A stretch of 63,969 nt of DNA, counting the filler, from Sanchytrium tribonematis (taxonomy: Eukaryota), in assembly GCA_018985235.1 (NCBI GenBank). It is 7 parts of 7 records of this genome, joined end to end, with 100 filler letters (N's around TTAATTAATTAA, not from the genome) between each part and the next. Parts side by side here need not be neighbours in the genome. Positions count along the whole stretch, not along the records: positions 1 to 9,219 come from JADGIG010000337.1; positions 9,320 to 18,538 come from JADGIG010000338.1; 5 more parts are not named here. One strand, written 5' to 3'. The position numbers were made by a program, and so were the translations under genes. This document shows, one piece after another, positions 1 through 12,182 of this stretch (positions are counted from its first letter, which is position 1; each line of letters opens with the position of its first letter). The notes beneath the pieces were generated by a model. The model searched no databases, had not been told where the DNA came from, and saw only the letters and a program-made list of their open reading frames with translations.

Positions 1-12
1 GAAAGCGTAAAT

Positions 13-1140
13 ATGCTTCAACCTCAAAATCCACTTTTACCGATATTTAAGAAATGCAACATGTATTTAGATAACATGTCGTCGCCCTACAATTTGCTAT
101 ACGAGATGATGCGAAATTACCAAATCGCATTAAATGAAATGGGCATGATGACGACTGGCAAAAGTGTAGAAGCGAGTGAGAAGATTTATGTTGAGTATCA
201 TAACGCTCATTGCCAAACAGCGGAAAGCTTGCCTAATTACGAGGAAAAGCATCAGCAATATCTTTCAAAAACATTAAATTTAATGAATGAATTAAATGAG
301 TTTAAAGTTGACGGTGTTGAACAACTTCGAAAAGATAGCATGGGAATTCATGAGAATTTAGAAGGCATAAATACACAATTTAATAAGTATTCTGTAAATG
401 TTAATCAATTCAAAGAAAAATTAGATGAAATGGAATTAAATCTTCAACGGATATCAAGGATAGAAGACGAAAATAAAACTTTGAGAGAAAGAGTTACAAA
501 TTTTGAACGCGAAAAATTGAAGGACATGCAGCGTATAAGAGAATTAGAGTCATTAGTTGATGATTTGCAGAACAGATTAAGGGACTCCAGTCAGGAGGCT
601 ACTCATTATCGAGACAAATATACCACCATAGAAGAAAAATATGTAATTATTAAAAGAAATTCCACTGACGGATTTAAAAATTTAATTTCAACAATGGACA
701 TAATGAAGAATTCAATCGAAAAATATAAAACCGGATTCTCCAAAATTAACGAAGCATTACATACGCTCAAGAGTCAGGTGTCTGTAAATAATACAATATC
801 AACTGAGGAGGATACAGTAGATCAAGTTTTATCTACAATTGACCATATTTCTGTTCAATTAAATAATATGTCCGGCTTTAGGACGCCACCTCTCACACCA
901 ATTCAAACACCTCCCAACCGCTCTACATACTATGAAGAGGAATACAAGGATATGAAAGAAAAATATGAAAAAATGCGTTTTCACGTTGAAAATGTAATGA
1001 AATTTAGTCGGCAATTGATAACATCTTTACATTTGAAAGGCCCTCATTCTGCGAAATTGCTGCAAAAACTAGAGGATTTTGAGAAGACATCATATTTGAT
1101 TGTCAATGATTTAAGATCTGATACTTCAATAAAATTTTGA
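13..1140 (+). CDS. Coiled-coil hypothetical protein (possibly 5'-truncated at the window edge)
   Basis: 375-aa ORF rich in E/K/L/Q heptads; the frame is open to base 1; no diagnostic motif. Confidence 0.7.
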   Translation: MLQPQNPLLPIFKKCNMYLDNMSSPYNLLYEMMRNYQIALNEMGMMTTGKSVEASEKIYVEYHNAHCQTAESLPNYEEKHQQYLSKTLNLMNELNEFKVDGVEQLRKDSMGIHENLEGINTQFNKYSVNVNQFKEKLDEMELNLQRISRIEDENKTLRERVTNFEREKLKDMQRIRELESLVDDLQNRLRDSSQEATHYRDKYTTIEEKYVIIKRNSTDGFKNLISTMDIMKNSIEKYKTGFSKINEALHTLKSQVSVNNTISTEEDTVDQVLSTIDHISVQLNNMSGFRTPPLTPIQTPPNRSTYYEEEYKDMKEKYEKMRFHVENVMKFSRQLITSLHLKGPHSAKLLQKLEDFEKTSYLIVNDLRSDTSIKF

Positions 1141-1146
1141 TGCTTT

Positions 1147-2445
1147 TTATTCTATTAATTTTAGTAGAGCTTCGTAATCAGTAATTTTATCGAATTTCAG
1201 AGGCATTTGCAGCACCTCCTGCAATTTCATAGGTGTAAAATCTTCCTCCTGGAGGTTCACAGCCTTTTTGATAGCATCAGGAAATTTACCAGGATGTGCT
1301 GTAGCCAAAAAAACTTGGTTCGTTTTTGGTCTATTATACATTGCAACAGCAGTATGTGGACAAGGCAGGTAATTGTGCTCATTGTAAACATTTTTAATTG
1401 TCTCTATTGTTTGAGCGTCATTTGTACTCGAGGCAGTAAAATTTAGTTTTAAAAAGTCAATCACTTTTTGGCTTAATCGAACCTTTGAGTGCTTGTGCAG
1501 TTCATCGTAGATTTCTTTCACATAATCCGCTCCTCCAGCGTAGTAAATGATTCTCTCCAAATTTGATGGTAATGTGATATCCATTGCGGGTGAATGTGTA
1601 GCATAAACTGATTGACGCTCGTAAATTCCAGTGTTCATCAATCTGACCAAAACATCATTTTGATTTGTAGCAATATGTAGTTTAAAATTAATTCCGAAAA
1701 TCTCGCGGGTATAATAACCAGCCAATACGTCTCCAAAGTTACCTGTGGGTACATTAAAAACAATCTCTTCCAAATCAGCTTTTATTAGCGACTTTTCCAA
1801 CTGCTTATAAGCATAAATATAATAAGTCATTTGCGCAACAATTCTTGCAAAGTTGATAGAATTGACTGCGCACCATCCTTTTTTGGTGTGTAATACAGTT
1901 TTAACAAAAGTTTGACATTCATCAAAAGTGCCATCCATTTCAATGATTTTGACGCATGGATGATTGACGCTGGTCATCTGTGCATGCTGCACCTTGCTGA
2001 CACGATCTTTTGGATACAAAACGACCACTTTGATATTATGATCCTTGAGTCCATGAATTGCAGCAGCACCTGTATCACCACTTGTTGCGACTATTACTTT
2101 TAAATCTTTTTCATTGGTCTGTTTGAAAAGATATCCTAATGATTGTAAAGCCACGTCCTTGAATGCAAAAGAAGGACCATGAAATAGTTCCAAAACATGA
2201 TTATCACCAAGTTTTTTAAGTGGCGTTCTATCTTTTGGAAATCCTTTATAAATTTCTTTGACAGAATCAACCTCAAAAAACAATTGCAGGACTTGCAATG
2301 CAATTTCGTCATATTCGCTTGATATTGCCAAAGTTTGGGGTAATTTTTTGGGGACAAAAAGTCCTTGATCTGGCGCCAATCCCAAAATTAGCATTTCTCT
2401 TAAAGTATAAGCCTTTTGTCCATCTCGGGTAGAAACAAATTCCAT
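1147..2445 (-). CDS. THR4: Threonine synthase (PLP-dependent)
   Basis: FVSTR N-terminus, GLAPDQGLFVP, LELFHGPSFAFKD (PLP Lys), ATSGDTG, NSINFARI, VPTGNFGD, SPAMDI, CPHTA, LATAHPGKF. Confidence 0.95.
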   Translation of the reverse strand: MEFVSTRDGQKAYTLREMLILGLAPDQGLFVPKKLPQTLAISSEYDEIALQVLQLFFEVDSVKEIYKGFPKDRTPLKKLGDNHVLELFHGPSFAFKDVALQSLGYLFKQTNEKDLKVIVATSGDTGAAAIHGLKDHNIKVVVLYPKDRVSKVQHAQMTSVNHPCVKIIEMDGTFDECQTFVKTVLHTKKGWCAVNSINFARIVAQMTYYIYAYKQLEKSLIKADLEEIVFNVPTGNFGDVLAGYYTREIFGINFKLHIATNQNDVLVRLMNTGIYERQSVYATHSPAMDITLPSNLERIIYYAGGADYVKEIYDELHKHSKVRLSQKVIDFLKLNFTASSTNDAQTIETIKNVYNEHNYLPCPHTAVAMYNRPKTNQVFLATAHPGKFPDAIKKAVNLQEEDFTPMKLQEVLQMPLKFDKITDYEALLKLIE

Positions 2446-2460
2446 CCGTGTTTTGAAAAA

Positions 2461-4545
2461 TTATTTATTGCCTTTGAAATTATTCACTAATTCTTTTTGA
2501 ACATCCCCTGCAGCCTGTTCATAGCAAGAAAATTCCATAGTAAATTCACCTTTGCCTTGAGTTGAACTTCTCAGGTCGCTTGCAAATCCAAACATACGAT
2601 TTAAAGGAACATTTGCATCAATTATTACCGAATGATTATTAGTGTCAGAGTTCAAAATATTTCCAAATCTTCGATTTAACAAGGAAATGCAGTTGCCCTG
2701 AAATTCAGTAGGAGCTTCAACACTTACTTTCATAATTGGTTCCAGCACCACTGGTTTAGCTTCCTCATAGATTTGTCTAAATGCATATAATGCCGCAGAT
2801 CTGAATGCCAATTCATTAGAATCCACGGAATGTGCTTGGCCATCTGTCAATACAAATTTGACATTTTGTACAGGGTGCCCGGTCAAGGTTCCTTTTCCGG
2901 CAGCTTCTAAAAAACCTTTTTCACAAGCTGGGATAAAGTTGGTAGGAATATTTCCACCAATGACTTTGCTCTCGAAAGATAATTTCTCCGTAGGAACCTC
3001 GGATGTAAACGGTTCAATATATCCAATGACTTTACCGTATTGCCCACTTCCACCTGACTGCTTTTTGTGAGTGTAATTAAATTCAGCTTTCTGAGAAATG
3101 GTTTCCCTAAATGCGACTTTTGGTTTTCCTACAATACACTCTACACCGTATTCTCTTTTCATACGTTCAATATAAATTTCAAGATGGAGTTCTCCCATTC
3201 CAGAAATGATTGTCTCTTTTGATTCGGAATCAAATCGAACTGAAAATGTAGGATCCTCTTTCGTAAATCGTTGCAATGCTTTTGCGAACTTTGAGTCCCT
3301 AGATTTAGGCTCAATTGATAATGATATAACAGGATCTGGGACGAACATTGTTGAAAGAGCGAGGCTAGTGTTACCATCTGTGAATGTATCCCCACTTGCG
3401 CAATCCACTCCAAAAACAGCGCATATATCTCCAGCCTGCACTTCCTGAACGTCCTCCATTTTGTTGCTATGCATTTTGACAAGTCTAGGAACTTTAATCT
3501 TTTTGTTATTTCTTACATTAAATATATTCATTCCTTTAGCCAGCTTTCCTTGATAAACCCTTATATATGTAAGTTGTCCATACGAACCTTCTTCCAATTT
3601 AAAGGCCAAACCGACAAACGGAGCATCTGAATCAATGCTTAAAGGCACTTTCTCTTCATTGTTGGAGATATCTAGAGCAAAATTTTCAATTTCGGTTGGA
3701 TTTGGCAAATATTTGTCAACACCGTCTAGAAGAACCTGAACACCTTTGTTTTTGTAAGCAGATCCCATAAAAACAGGAATAAAAGATCTTGAGATAACCC
3801 CGTTTCTAATCGCATTTTCTATTTCCAGTTCGGTAGGAATTTCGTCATTTAAAAATTTTTCAGCAACAATATCGTCAACATCAGCCAGTGACTCCACAAG
3901 TTTTTGACGAAATCTGTTTACTTCTTTCGAAAAATTCTGAGGAATATCTTTTGTAATTATTTTCATTCCTTTTTCTCCTGTAAAATAAATGGCTTTCTTA
4001 TGTATTAAATCTATGACGCCTTCGTGTTGATCTTCTAATCCAATGGGAATTTGTAAGGCAGCCACAGGTAGAGCAAGTTTATCACGAATTTGGTCAATAA
4101 TTTGCATTGGTTTTGCACCTTGTCTATCCAACTTATTGATAAATACTAAACGTGGAATGTTATATCTGTTCATTTGCCTATTGACAGTCAATGTCTGAGA
4201 TTGGACACCACCCACGGCGCATACGACTAAAATTGCACCGTCAAGGACTCTTAACGCTCGCTCGACTTCAACTGTAAAATCTACGTGTCCTGGTGTATCG
4301 ATAATATTAATATCGCAGTCCTTCCATTTTACTGATGTTGCTGCAGATTGTATGGTGATGCCTTTCTCCCGTTCCAATTGCATGGAGTCCATAGTTGCAG
4401 CACCTTCATGAACTTCTTTTATTGTATCAATGCGACCTGTGTAGTATAAAATCCTCTCAGTCAAGGTTGTTTTACCACTATCAATATGCGCGCTTATCCC
4501 TATATTTCTTAATTTAGACAATTGGAAAACAAATCTAGAAATCAT
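2461..4545 (-). CDS. MEF1: Mitochondrial translation elongation factor G1
   Basis: [80 protein letters not shown]; short presequence-like N-terminus. Confidence 0.93.
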   Translation of the reverse strand: MISRFVFQLSKLRNIGISAHIDSGKTTLTERILYYTGRIDTIKEVHEGAATMDSMQLEREKGITIQSAATSVKWKDCDINIIDTPGHVDFTVEVERALRVLDGAILVVCAVGGVQSQTLTVNRQMNRYNIPRLVFINKLDRQGAKPMQIIDQIRDKLALPVAALQIPIGLEDQHEGVIDLIHKKAIYFTGEKGMKIITKDIPQNFSKEVNRFRQKLVESLADVDDIVAEKFLNDEIPTELEIENAIRNGVISRSFIPVFMGSAYKNKGVQVLLDGVDKYLPNPTEIENFALDISNNEEKVPLSIDSDAPFVGLAFKLEEGSYGQLTYIRVYQGKLAKGMNIFNVRNNKKIKVPRLVKMHSNKMEDVQEVQAGDICAVFGVDCASGDTFTDGNTSLALSTMFVPDPVISLSIEPKSRDSKFAKALQRFTKEDPTFSVRFDSESKETIISGMGELHLEIYIERMKREYGVECIVGKPKVAFRETISQKAEFNYTHKKQSGGSGQYGKVIGYIEPFTSEVPTEKLSFESKVIGGNIPTNFIPACEKGFLEAAGKGTLTGHPVQNVKFVLTDGQAHSVDSNELAFRSAALYAFRQIYEEAKPVVLEPIMKVSVEAPTEFQGNCISLLNRRFGNILNSDTNNHSVIIDANVPLNRMFGFASDLRSSTQGKGEFTMEFSCYEQAAGDVQKELVNNFKGNK

Positions 4546-4739
4546 AATGTACTCCTTCTGACTGATACTTTCAACATTTGGTTAGAACTATCGTGATTAT
4601 AAGGAGTAATAACTATAACTTAACACTAAAAACATGCATTAATAGTGTGTGATGCTCAGCACGATCCCACTCAATAAATATTTATGCTCATGTGATTGTC
4701 TATTTGCAATATTTTTGTTTGCCGCTTTACCCTCAAAAC

Positions 4740-5177
4740 ATGATCAAAGGATTTCGTCTAGACCAGCTGGATTCTAGCATTAAAGATAAAGAAAAGAGAT
4801 TTGAAATCGACCAGAAAAATTTGGTAACTTTGATGGAGAGACTTCCAAAAGATAAAAAGGCAGGATATATCAAGAAATTATCTGACATAAATTCCAAATT
4901 TACTCAAGAGAAAAGAATGTCAATGGAAAAATCCCTGACATATAAAAAGTCTACGGCCATGATTATAGAAGCTCATGCTTTACTATTAAAAAATTTAAGG
5001 AAGGCAGTAGTGGCTGATATTTTGCAAACTTATGAAGAAGCTATAACCCTGGCTCAGAAAAATTACATGAATGAAAAAGAACAGATTAATAGCATTCTCA
5101 CTGCAAATTTGAGCCGAAAATTGACACTTGGAAGAAAAAAGAAAGATCAAATTCCAGAAGAAGTTGAAAATAAATAA
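4740..5177 (+). CDS. Small basic helical hypothetical protein
   Basis: First ATG at 4740 follows CCCTCAAAAC; K/E-rich helical composition; weak Sds3-like resemblance only. Confidence 0.6.
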   Translation: MIKGFRLDQLDSSIKDKEKRFEIDQKNLVTLMERLPKDKKAGYIKKLSDINSKFTQEKRMSMEKSLTYKKSTAMIIEAHALLLKNLRKAVVADILQTYEEAITLAQKNYMNEKEQINSILTANLSRKLTLGRKKKDQIPEEVENK

Positions 5178-5185
5178 GTATAAAT

Positions 5186-6481
5186 TCATGTTAATTTTAT
5201 TGTAATTAAACTTGGCACTTTGATATGCTCCAAGGCATTTCCGTCCTCTGTCAACTTTTCACCGTTGATCCACAAATCAAAATGGTCGTTGACCTCTACT
5301 TTAACATGTCCGAATAATTCTGACATGGTGGTATTTTCATCAATAAAAATTTGCTCTTGTTTTCCATCCGGATATCTCAACTTCATTCTTGTTCCAGACG
5401 TAAGCTCTAATTTTTTGCTAACAATTTGTATCCTTCCATCGCTAGTATTATTTGACAATCCTATAATATCCTTAGAGTCTCGAGGAGATTCATTTCCTGT
5501 AGGACTACTCAATCTCATGGCATATTGTATTTGCTCTTCTTCAGTCATTTCCTCAACTCGCTTTTCTTGCTTTTGGACTTCACCCCCCATGAAATCAATT
5601 TCGAGGTCATGGGATTCTAAAAAATTAGAAAATTCTAGTGCCCATTCGCCAGGGTCCATATGCTGGAATAAAGAATTGTTTGCAGTGTACTGCGATATCC
5701 TCTCACCTGTTCTAGGATCAAGAATACAAGCATATGGATATTGGGGTACTTGTGAGGATGCATATGGATACATTTGAGTAAACTCAGTATGATTTCTTGA
5801 ATTATTTTGATAATAAATGCAATAAAATGAGCTGGACAATAATTCTTTTAGAATTTGGTTTCCCAATATATCTCTATTAAATTCTTGACACTTAAATACT
5901 GATGGATCACTTAATATTAAAAAGACCCATTTTCCAGCAGCATTTGCTGTATTTAATCCGGCTGAGAGTGTCAACGAAGAAGTAAGTCCCTCAGGAGGTG
6001 GAAACATCTCTGATAATCTATTAGGTCGCATGGGTGCAATTGGGCCAGGTCGAAAATGCGTAGTTGAAAATTGACCCATTGAGCGCTGAGACAAAAATCC
6101 TTGTAAATGTGGCGCAAGTTCATGAAAACTTTCAAAATCGATATCAGTATCTTCATTTGGAAATTCAATCTCATCGTTGTCAGGCAAAACATCAAATGCA
6201 TCCTGTCTAGGTGGAGATGTATGTGTTAAATCAGACAAGCGAATCGGATTTTGCACTGGCTGTAAAACGGGTGATATTCTCGAAGATTGTTCTTGGGGTG
6301 GTTGAGAGTCAATAATTTGGACGTCCGGGTTGGAAGTTCCACCATTCTCATTACTTAAAAAGTATAATTGAATGGCTTCCTCCAGAGAGTTAGTCATTTC
6401 TAGGTAATGCGTCGCATCGGAGGCTGATGCATTTGTTATTTCCATAAACTGCAAAAAATTGTTATCTTGAGTATCAGACAT
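5186..6481 (-). CDS. UBX5: UBX-domain Cdc48/p97 adaptor (UBA-UAS-UIM-UBX, UBX5/UBXN7-like)
   Basis: N-terminal UBA-like (QFMEIT..A..YLE..LEEAIQLYF), UAS (FKCQEFNRDI, ILDPRTGE), UIM (EEEQIQYAMRLS), C-terminal UBX (TRMKLRYPDGK). Confidence 0.85.
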   Translation of the reverse strand: MSDTQDNNFLQFMEITNASASDATHYLEMTNSLEEAIQLYFLSNENGGTSNPDVQIIDSQPPQEQSSRISPVLQPVQNPIRLSDLTHTSPPRQDAFDVLPDNDEIEFPNEDTDIDFESFHELAPHLQGFLSQRSMGQFSTTHFRPGPIAPMRPNRLSEMFPPPEGLTSSLTLSAGLNTANAAGKWVFLILSDPSVFKCQEFNRDILGNQILKELLSSSFYCIYYQNNSRNHTEFTQMYPYASSQVPQYPYACILDPRTGERISQYTANNSLFQHMDPGEWALEFSNFLESHDLEIDFMGGEVQKQEKRVEEMTEEEQIQYAMRLSSPTGNESPRDSKDIIGLSNNTSDGRIQIVSKKLELTSGTRMKLRYPDGKQEQIFIDENTTMSELFGHVKVEVNDHFDLWINGEKLTEDGNALEHIKVPSLITIKLT

Positions 6482-6667
6482 GTCCCAAATGTTTGAAAAA
6501 TTAAAGTTTGAATTTTTGTGTTTGCTGATCAATATGATAATCTAAATGAACCAAATGTATGAGTATCCGATAGGCAGTCGAAAATGTGTGCTTGACAATA
6601 AATTAAATCACTGTGATTGGATAAAGAAATTACAATAAAAGAACCAAGACAATCCCCGTGATTCAAC

Positions 6668-9219
6668 ATGTCCAATGTGAAAGTATTATGCCGATTTCGT
6701 CCACCTAATAGCCGAGAAAAGGAAGAAAACGCTACAATCATTGTGGATTTTCCAAACGATAAATCGGTACACTTTGAAAGTAACGATCAAAGCCAATTTT
6801 TTAATTTTGATAAAGTATTTGACATGTCTTGTCGACAAGAACAAATTTACGATGAATGTCATGACACAATTGAAGATCTTTTTAATGGATACAATGGTAC
6901 AATCTTTGTTTATGGTCAGACTGGGGCTGGTAAGTCTTTCACAATGAGTGGAGTAATGCATGACCCAACTTTAAAAGGTTTAATTCCTCGTCTAGTCGAG
7001 AGGGTATTCACCAAAATTTTGGAAAGCTCTGAAGATTTGGAATTTACAGTAGGTTGTTCGTTTATGGAAATTTATTGTGAAAGAATCAAGGATTTGTTAA
7101 ATCCACAAAATGATAACTTACCTATTCATGAAGAGAAATCTAAGGGGGTTTATGTAAAAAATTTGATGAATGTCTATTGTGGTTCAAAAGAGGAAGTTTA
7201 CGATGTCTTAGATAGTGGAAACGAAAATAGAGCTGTTAGTGCTACGAAAATGAACGCAGAGTCTAGCCGATCCCATTCCATTTTTGTTATTAACATAACT
7301 AGTAAGACTGCTGATGGAAGCGTCAAGTCGGGAAACTTGTACTTAGTAGATTTAGCAGGTTCCGAAAAGGTGGGGAAAACAGGCGCTTCCGGCCAAACAT
7401 TAGAAGAGGCAAAAAAAATTAACAAGTCGCTGTCCAGCTTGGGTATGGTGATTAATGCTTTAACTGATGGGAAGTCTACACACGTACCTTATCGAGATTC
7501 CAAATTAACTCGAATCTTGCAAGAATCACTTGGTGGTAATTCTAGGACAACGCTAATCATTAACTGTTCACCTTGTCAATTTAATGATCAAGAAACTCTC
7601 AGTACCTTGAGGTTTGGGGTGCGAGCTAAATCGATTCAAAACAAAGCTGTTGTTAATCAAGAATTGTCTGCCAAAGAACTCAAGAAAATGTGGAAAAGGG
7701 CAGAACAGCAATCCTTCACTTATTACGAGTGGCTTCAAAAATGTTTACAAGAATTGGAGGCATGGCAATCTGGCCAAAATCCCGATCAAAAATTAGATTT
7801 AACAGATATTAAAAATTTGTCAAGTCCAAAAGGTAAGCGTGAATCAAAATCAAAGAAACAAAGTGAAACCGATAGTGGAGTTGTAGTCCAAAATGAAGCA
7901 AGAAAGCCTGATCCTATCACTACAAGTACAGATGGCTCAGTACCAATTGTTAATGTGACTGAAAGTCCACAAATTCCACTTTCGACGCCATCAGCGAGTG
8001 ATATATTCTCACAAATTGACGAGGACAAAGAAGCAGAATACCTGAAAAGAGAAAATCAGCTAGTCGATGAACTAGAAGAGAAAGATTCGCAACTTAGAAA
8101 TACCACAGAGCAATTATCACATTATCAAGGTAAAGTAGGAGAGCTGATGGCTGAAAATCAGGATATGAGTCAATTCAATGAGCACTTGAAGTTAAAAATT
8201 AGCGAAATGGAATACAAAATCAAAGAATTCAAAGCTGAAATGGAACTGCAAAGCGAGAAACTTGAAATGAAGAGCACAAAAAGTGATCATTCTTATCAGG
8301 CTGTTGAAAAGGCGGCTCAAGAAGAACAAAAAGTTCTTGAAATGAATATGGATTCTCTTCATGCACTAACTGACGGTACCCCCGACGTGCTAAAAAATAG
8401 AGTTTTAACTCTTGGCGAGCAAAATCAAATGCTAGCAGAGCAAAATTCCCAATTACACAGACAATTGAAGGTATTGACAGAGGAATATGAACAAGTTTTA
8501 GAACAGTCCATTGAAAGTGAAGAAAATGGTTCTTCGGAAGACGCAAAAATTTTCCAAAGTAAACTTAAAGCTCTTCACGACGAAAAGGTGAAATCCTCAG
8601 AATTGAAAATACACGACTTACAAGAGTCCCTCAATCAAAAAAATGCCGAAATACAACGACTAGAGTCTTTATTAAACAAAGATGACAATATTCAAGTTAT
8701 GGACGATTCTCCAGATGGATTAAAACGACAACTTGTGAGACAAGTTACTGATTTTGAAGCAATGAAAAAGCAGCTCATGAGGGACTTGCAATCGAAATGC
8801 GATAAAGTGAAGGCTTTGCAATCTGAGTTGGATGATGCCAAGGACCAGTATGCAAAATTGGCTAATTCTAACCCTTCAAAATTAGATTTGAAGAAGATGA
8901 CAATGCTTGAAAGAAATTTGGATCAATTAACAAAAGTTCAGCAGCAACTTGTTTCTCAAAATAATCAACTGAAGAAAGAATCTGCTCTAAATGATCGAAA
9001 ATTGGCCATGAAAGAAGAGCGGATAACAAAATTGCAGGAAATGCACGAAGAGTTATCCCACAAATTATTAAAACAATCACAGCAATATGAGCAGCAACTT
9101 GCGGAGTTACGTGCTAATTCAGGTTCTGCAGATAACAATATCCAACACGCCCGCATCGCAAAACCTATTCGAGGCGGACGTTCAAGCTTTGACGGCGGAG
9201 ATGAAACTCTGAGCAAGAG
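6668..9219 (+). CDS. KHC: Conventional kinesin-1 heavy chain, fungal type (stop lost at the contig end)
   Basis: VKVLCRFRP, P-loop YGQTGAGKS, NAESSRSH, LVDLAGSEKVGKTGASG, HVPYRDSKLTRILQESLGGNSRT, long coiled coil, tail ARIAKPIRGG (IAK motif). Confidence 0.95.
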
Positions 9220-9319
9220 NNNNNNNNNNNNNNNNNNNNNNNNNNNNNNNNNNNNNNNNNNNNTTAATTAATTAANNNNNNNNNNNNNNNNNNNNNNNNN
9301 NNNNNNNNNNNNNNNNNNN
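9220..9319. other. Artificial contig spacer 44N-TTAATTAATTAA-44N; identical spacers at 18539-18638, 27817-27916, 37070-37169, 46212-46311, 55350-55449
   Basis: Same six-frame-stop linker each time; contig lengths between spacers decrease: 9219, 9178, 9153, 9042, 9038. Confidence 0.98.
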
Positions 9320-9396
9320 AAATAAATTTGACCCAAAATCCATGCTTGATTTTACGCGTGTGGACGAGTATGCGAGTAAGATTGTGCATGAAAAAT
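9320..9396 (+). repeat. 77-bp exact direct repeat of 15867-15943 (fragment of the non-LTR element at the contig start)
   Basis: AAATAAATTTGACCCAAAATCC...GTGCATGAAAAAT is identical at both positions. Confidence 0.95.
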
Positions 9397-9419
9397 ACAT
9401 TGAAAATTGAGAGCGTTCT

Positions 9420-9760
9420 TGCCAATTCTCCCACTTTTACAAAATTCTGAAATGAGGCATTTATTTGAAACATTGGACGTTTGTTAAGATCCATCGGCTA
9501 ATGAAGGCTTCAAGTTAGCAATCGAGACACTATTAGGATTGGGACATTAATGTTATCAAGAATTGCGGCATTTGTGAATAATCAGTGTGTTTTTGGCCTA
9601 ATATAATTGTGTCGAGATAAATTGCGCTTGGATCTACAGAGTCTCAGTTTGAGTAAACTAAAATATGGCAGCAATTATCAACCCCAAAGTGTGGAAATGG
9701 ATACTATATTGACAGTTTGAATTACTATTTTTTTGAAGCATAGAGTACATCGGATGGTGC
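9420..9760 (-). pseudogene. Possible degraded pogo/Tigger-type (DDE_1) transposase fragment
   Basis: Stop-riddled minus-strand translation AAILDNINVPILIVSRLLT*SLH*PMD resembles the LDN...LQPMD block of DDE_1 transposases. Confidence 0.3.
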
Positions 9761-11170
9761 AATTAAATGAAAGAGTTTATGACAATGAAGCGCCAATATG
9801 AAGGCTACACATTTTCGGAGGTTACAAATGTTAGCAGGCAACTGCTAAGCTGCTTACCATTGAAATGTAGCATTTTTGAAAAACCTAAAATAGTTTTGTA
9901 ACACGGAATCTGTCATCTATTTATTGAAGTGTTAAGAAAATACTATGGACTATGTAAAACCATACCCCTTTACGTGAAACCAAAACAGGAAAACGAAGAG
10001 CTCCCACAGGAGATTTTGAATTCCAATTGAACAACAAACACCTCCAAAACAGGTCAACATTGAGACTCCCTCTCAACAACAAGCAAGTGAGGTCACTCTA
10101 ATCTCCTTAGGTGAAACTTAAGATGAACAAGACTTTGAGGTGAACCACAATCCAAGTCAGAGAACGCGGTGACCTTTAGTGAAATGATACTTCAATTTTT
10201 AGCCTAATCAAGAGTGATAATCCCTTCAATGACCATTCTAACTGTTCAGTTGAATTTTTGTCATCAGATAAATTGGGAGTGATCTCTATTCATTAGAATT
10301 CGAAAAACACGTGGTACTACATGCGTTACCCCTAGGTGAAACGATTGAATACAAATGTAATTTTTACCTCACAAGAGTTGAATAAAATTACTTAAATACA
10401 AACAACGCCTCATTTAATTAATCCAGTTACTCCAACTCAAGTTAGTTTTGGATCCGCAAACAAACCAACTATGAAAAACAGTAGAAAGAATATAAAAGCT
10501 AAACACCAAAGAAGTTTAATACATCTACGTTGCAACGTATAACTGATGACAGAAAATCTGAATATTGAAGAAATTTTACTGCGGTTCATCATGCAAGGAA
10601 GAGTGCGATGGATTTATGATGACTGCCTTCAGTTCATGTCTGTTTGCTTATTGACATGGAAAATCAACCTCCGATGCAGCCTATGCACTCACTTCAATCA
10701 GATATCAACAGAAGAACAGCACTCAATGAGCCACTTGCAGTGATTAGTGATGATGAACTCGTTGAGAAAGCTGAAAATATTATTTTATATCCGTTATATT
10801 TGAGTAAATATGCTATCTACCAGAACGTTTACGCGAAAGAGGTCATTTTAGAGGCTGAAAGTCTTTCAAACTATAAGAATATAGTCTTGGACAAACGTGT
10901 GTCTCATATCTCAAGATGATAACAAAGAACCTCAAGAATTAGATGAAATTTAAGGACTGAATATATTCACAGGAATAGTTAATTCCTTGTGGGAGCAAGT
11001 GTAGAACGGATCAAATATCTTAGGAACATTGAGATAATGCCTAAGAGGTGCATCAAATAGGCTATTTAAACTTTGCTAATTATAATAAAATGTATTAGCT
11101 GATTACTCTAAAGTTAAAGCCGAGAATTTAAGTACTGGATCAATATACAAACAAATCAGTACAGAAGATC

Positions 11171-12182
11171 ATTCAAGTCACCGGTGACATGCTTGTTTGA
11201 GACACGGGGCTTCACCTGGTGACTTGAATCAAAATGATGAAGATATTGTGTATGGAAAATATTTTTAGTATTAACTAATAACAATAAATAATGACATTCC
11301 AAATGTATCTAAATGGTTTCAAACCGATAATATACATTTTTAGAGCAAACAAATATATCCATGCACTAAATCTAAAACAGGGGTCAGCATGGATGTTAAT
11401 GTTTTACATCAAACAAAAAAGTTCTAATTGCTACCAAAAGAAAGCAGTCTTGTCCAGCAATGTGAATATACCATACCACCCATCGCTCATTAAAACAAAA
11501 ATTGAGAGCCACAACCTGGTATTTAGAAGAATCGGTCAAAATGTACTTTTTTATTACTTTTTATCGCAGGAAGTTCTTGATGACCTACTGGACGTTGCCA
11601 GAATTAGAAATCACTTCAAATTTTTATGCGCGCAGCTACCAGAAATACAAGTTTAAATTGAGTTCCAATGGGAAAGTAAAACAAACTGAACAATATATTA
11701 TGTTACACTTCCTGCTGAAATGTTAAATCTATCACTAATATCTGTAGTATCCGCATTGTTTCCAATAAAACATAACAATAAATGAATACGTTTATCTAGC
11801 TGCAATTTGCCAATATTCAATTTTCAAGATATGGTGACCCGCTATTTAGTATTGTTTGTTTAAGGTACTCATAATGACTTTCAGTCATTCGAAAGTAGTA
11901 TTTGTACCGGCTTTCGGAAAATTGTGGAACATTCACTTCAAACCAGTCTCTAATTTTCACAATTGGATGATAATGGGTCCTTGGTTGTCTCTTTGGCTTC
12001 TGTTGTTTGGAATGTAGGTACTTAATAATAATTAAATCTTCATCTGACGAGTCCGACATTTGCTTCACCCGTTCACCCAAGTGAATTGCAGGTTGAAGAA
12101 TGAAAGGAGATGGTCAAACAGTTGCGCAATTTTAGCCAATCAATTTATCTCACCAAACTTCCACCGGTGACTTAAATCCCCC
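11171..12182 (-). mobile_element. Internally deleted PIF/Harbinger-like DNA transposon with TIRs
   Basis: ORF 11817-12080 (DWFEVNVPQFSESRYKYYFRMTESHYEYL) resembles a Harbinger transposase N-terminus (FRM motif). Inverted termini ATTCAAGTCACCGGTG (11171-11186) and CACCGGTGACTTAAAT (12162-12177) match 15/16; the latter is followed by CCCCC (G-run start on the minus strand). Confidence 0.6.

Noticed and set aside
5220..5777. Antisense or overlapping ORFs in the track (e.g. 5220-5777, 21551-22102, 25083-25436, 35593-35862)
   Set aside because: Shadow frames of well-supported genes, mostly starting at TTG/GTG/CTG.
9220..9319. TTAATTAATTAA flanked by N-runs, recurring about every 9 kb
   Set aside because: Artificial contig linker. 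ORFs crossing it (X residues) and gene neighbourhoods across it have no biological meaning.
9320..9396. 77-78 bp contig-terminal repeats (also 18461-18538) as LTRs or TIRs
   Set aside because: They sit exactly at contig ends, have a length typical of an assembler k-mer overlap, and are internal LINE sequence.
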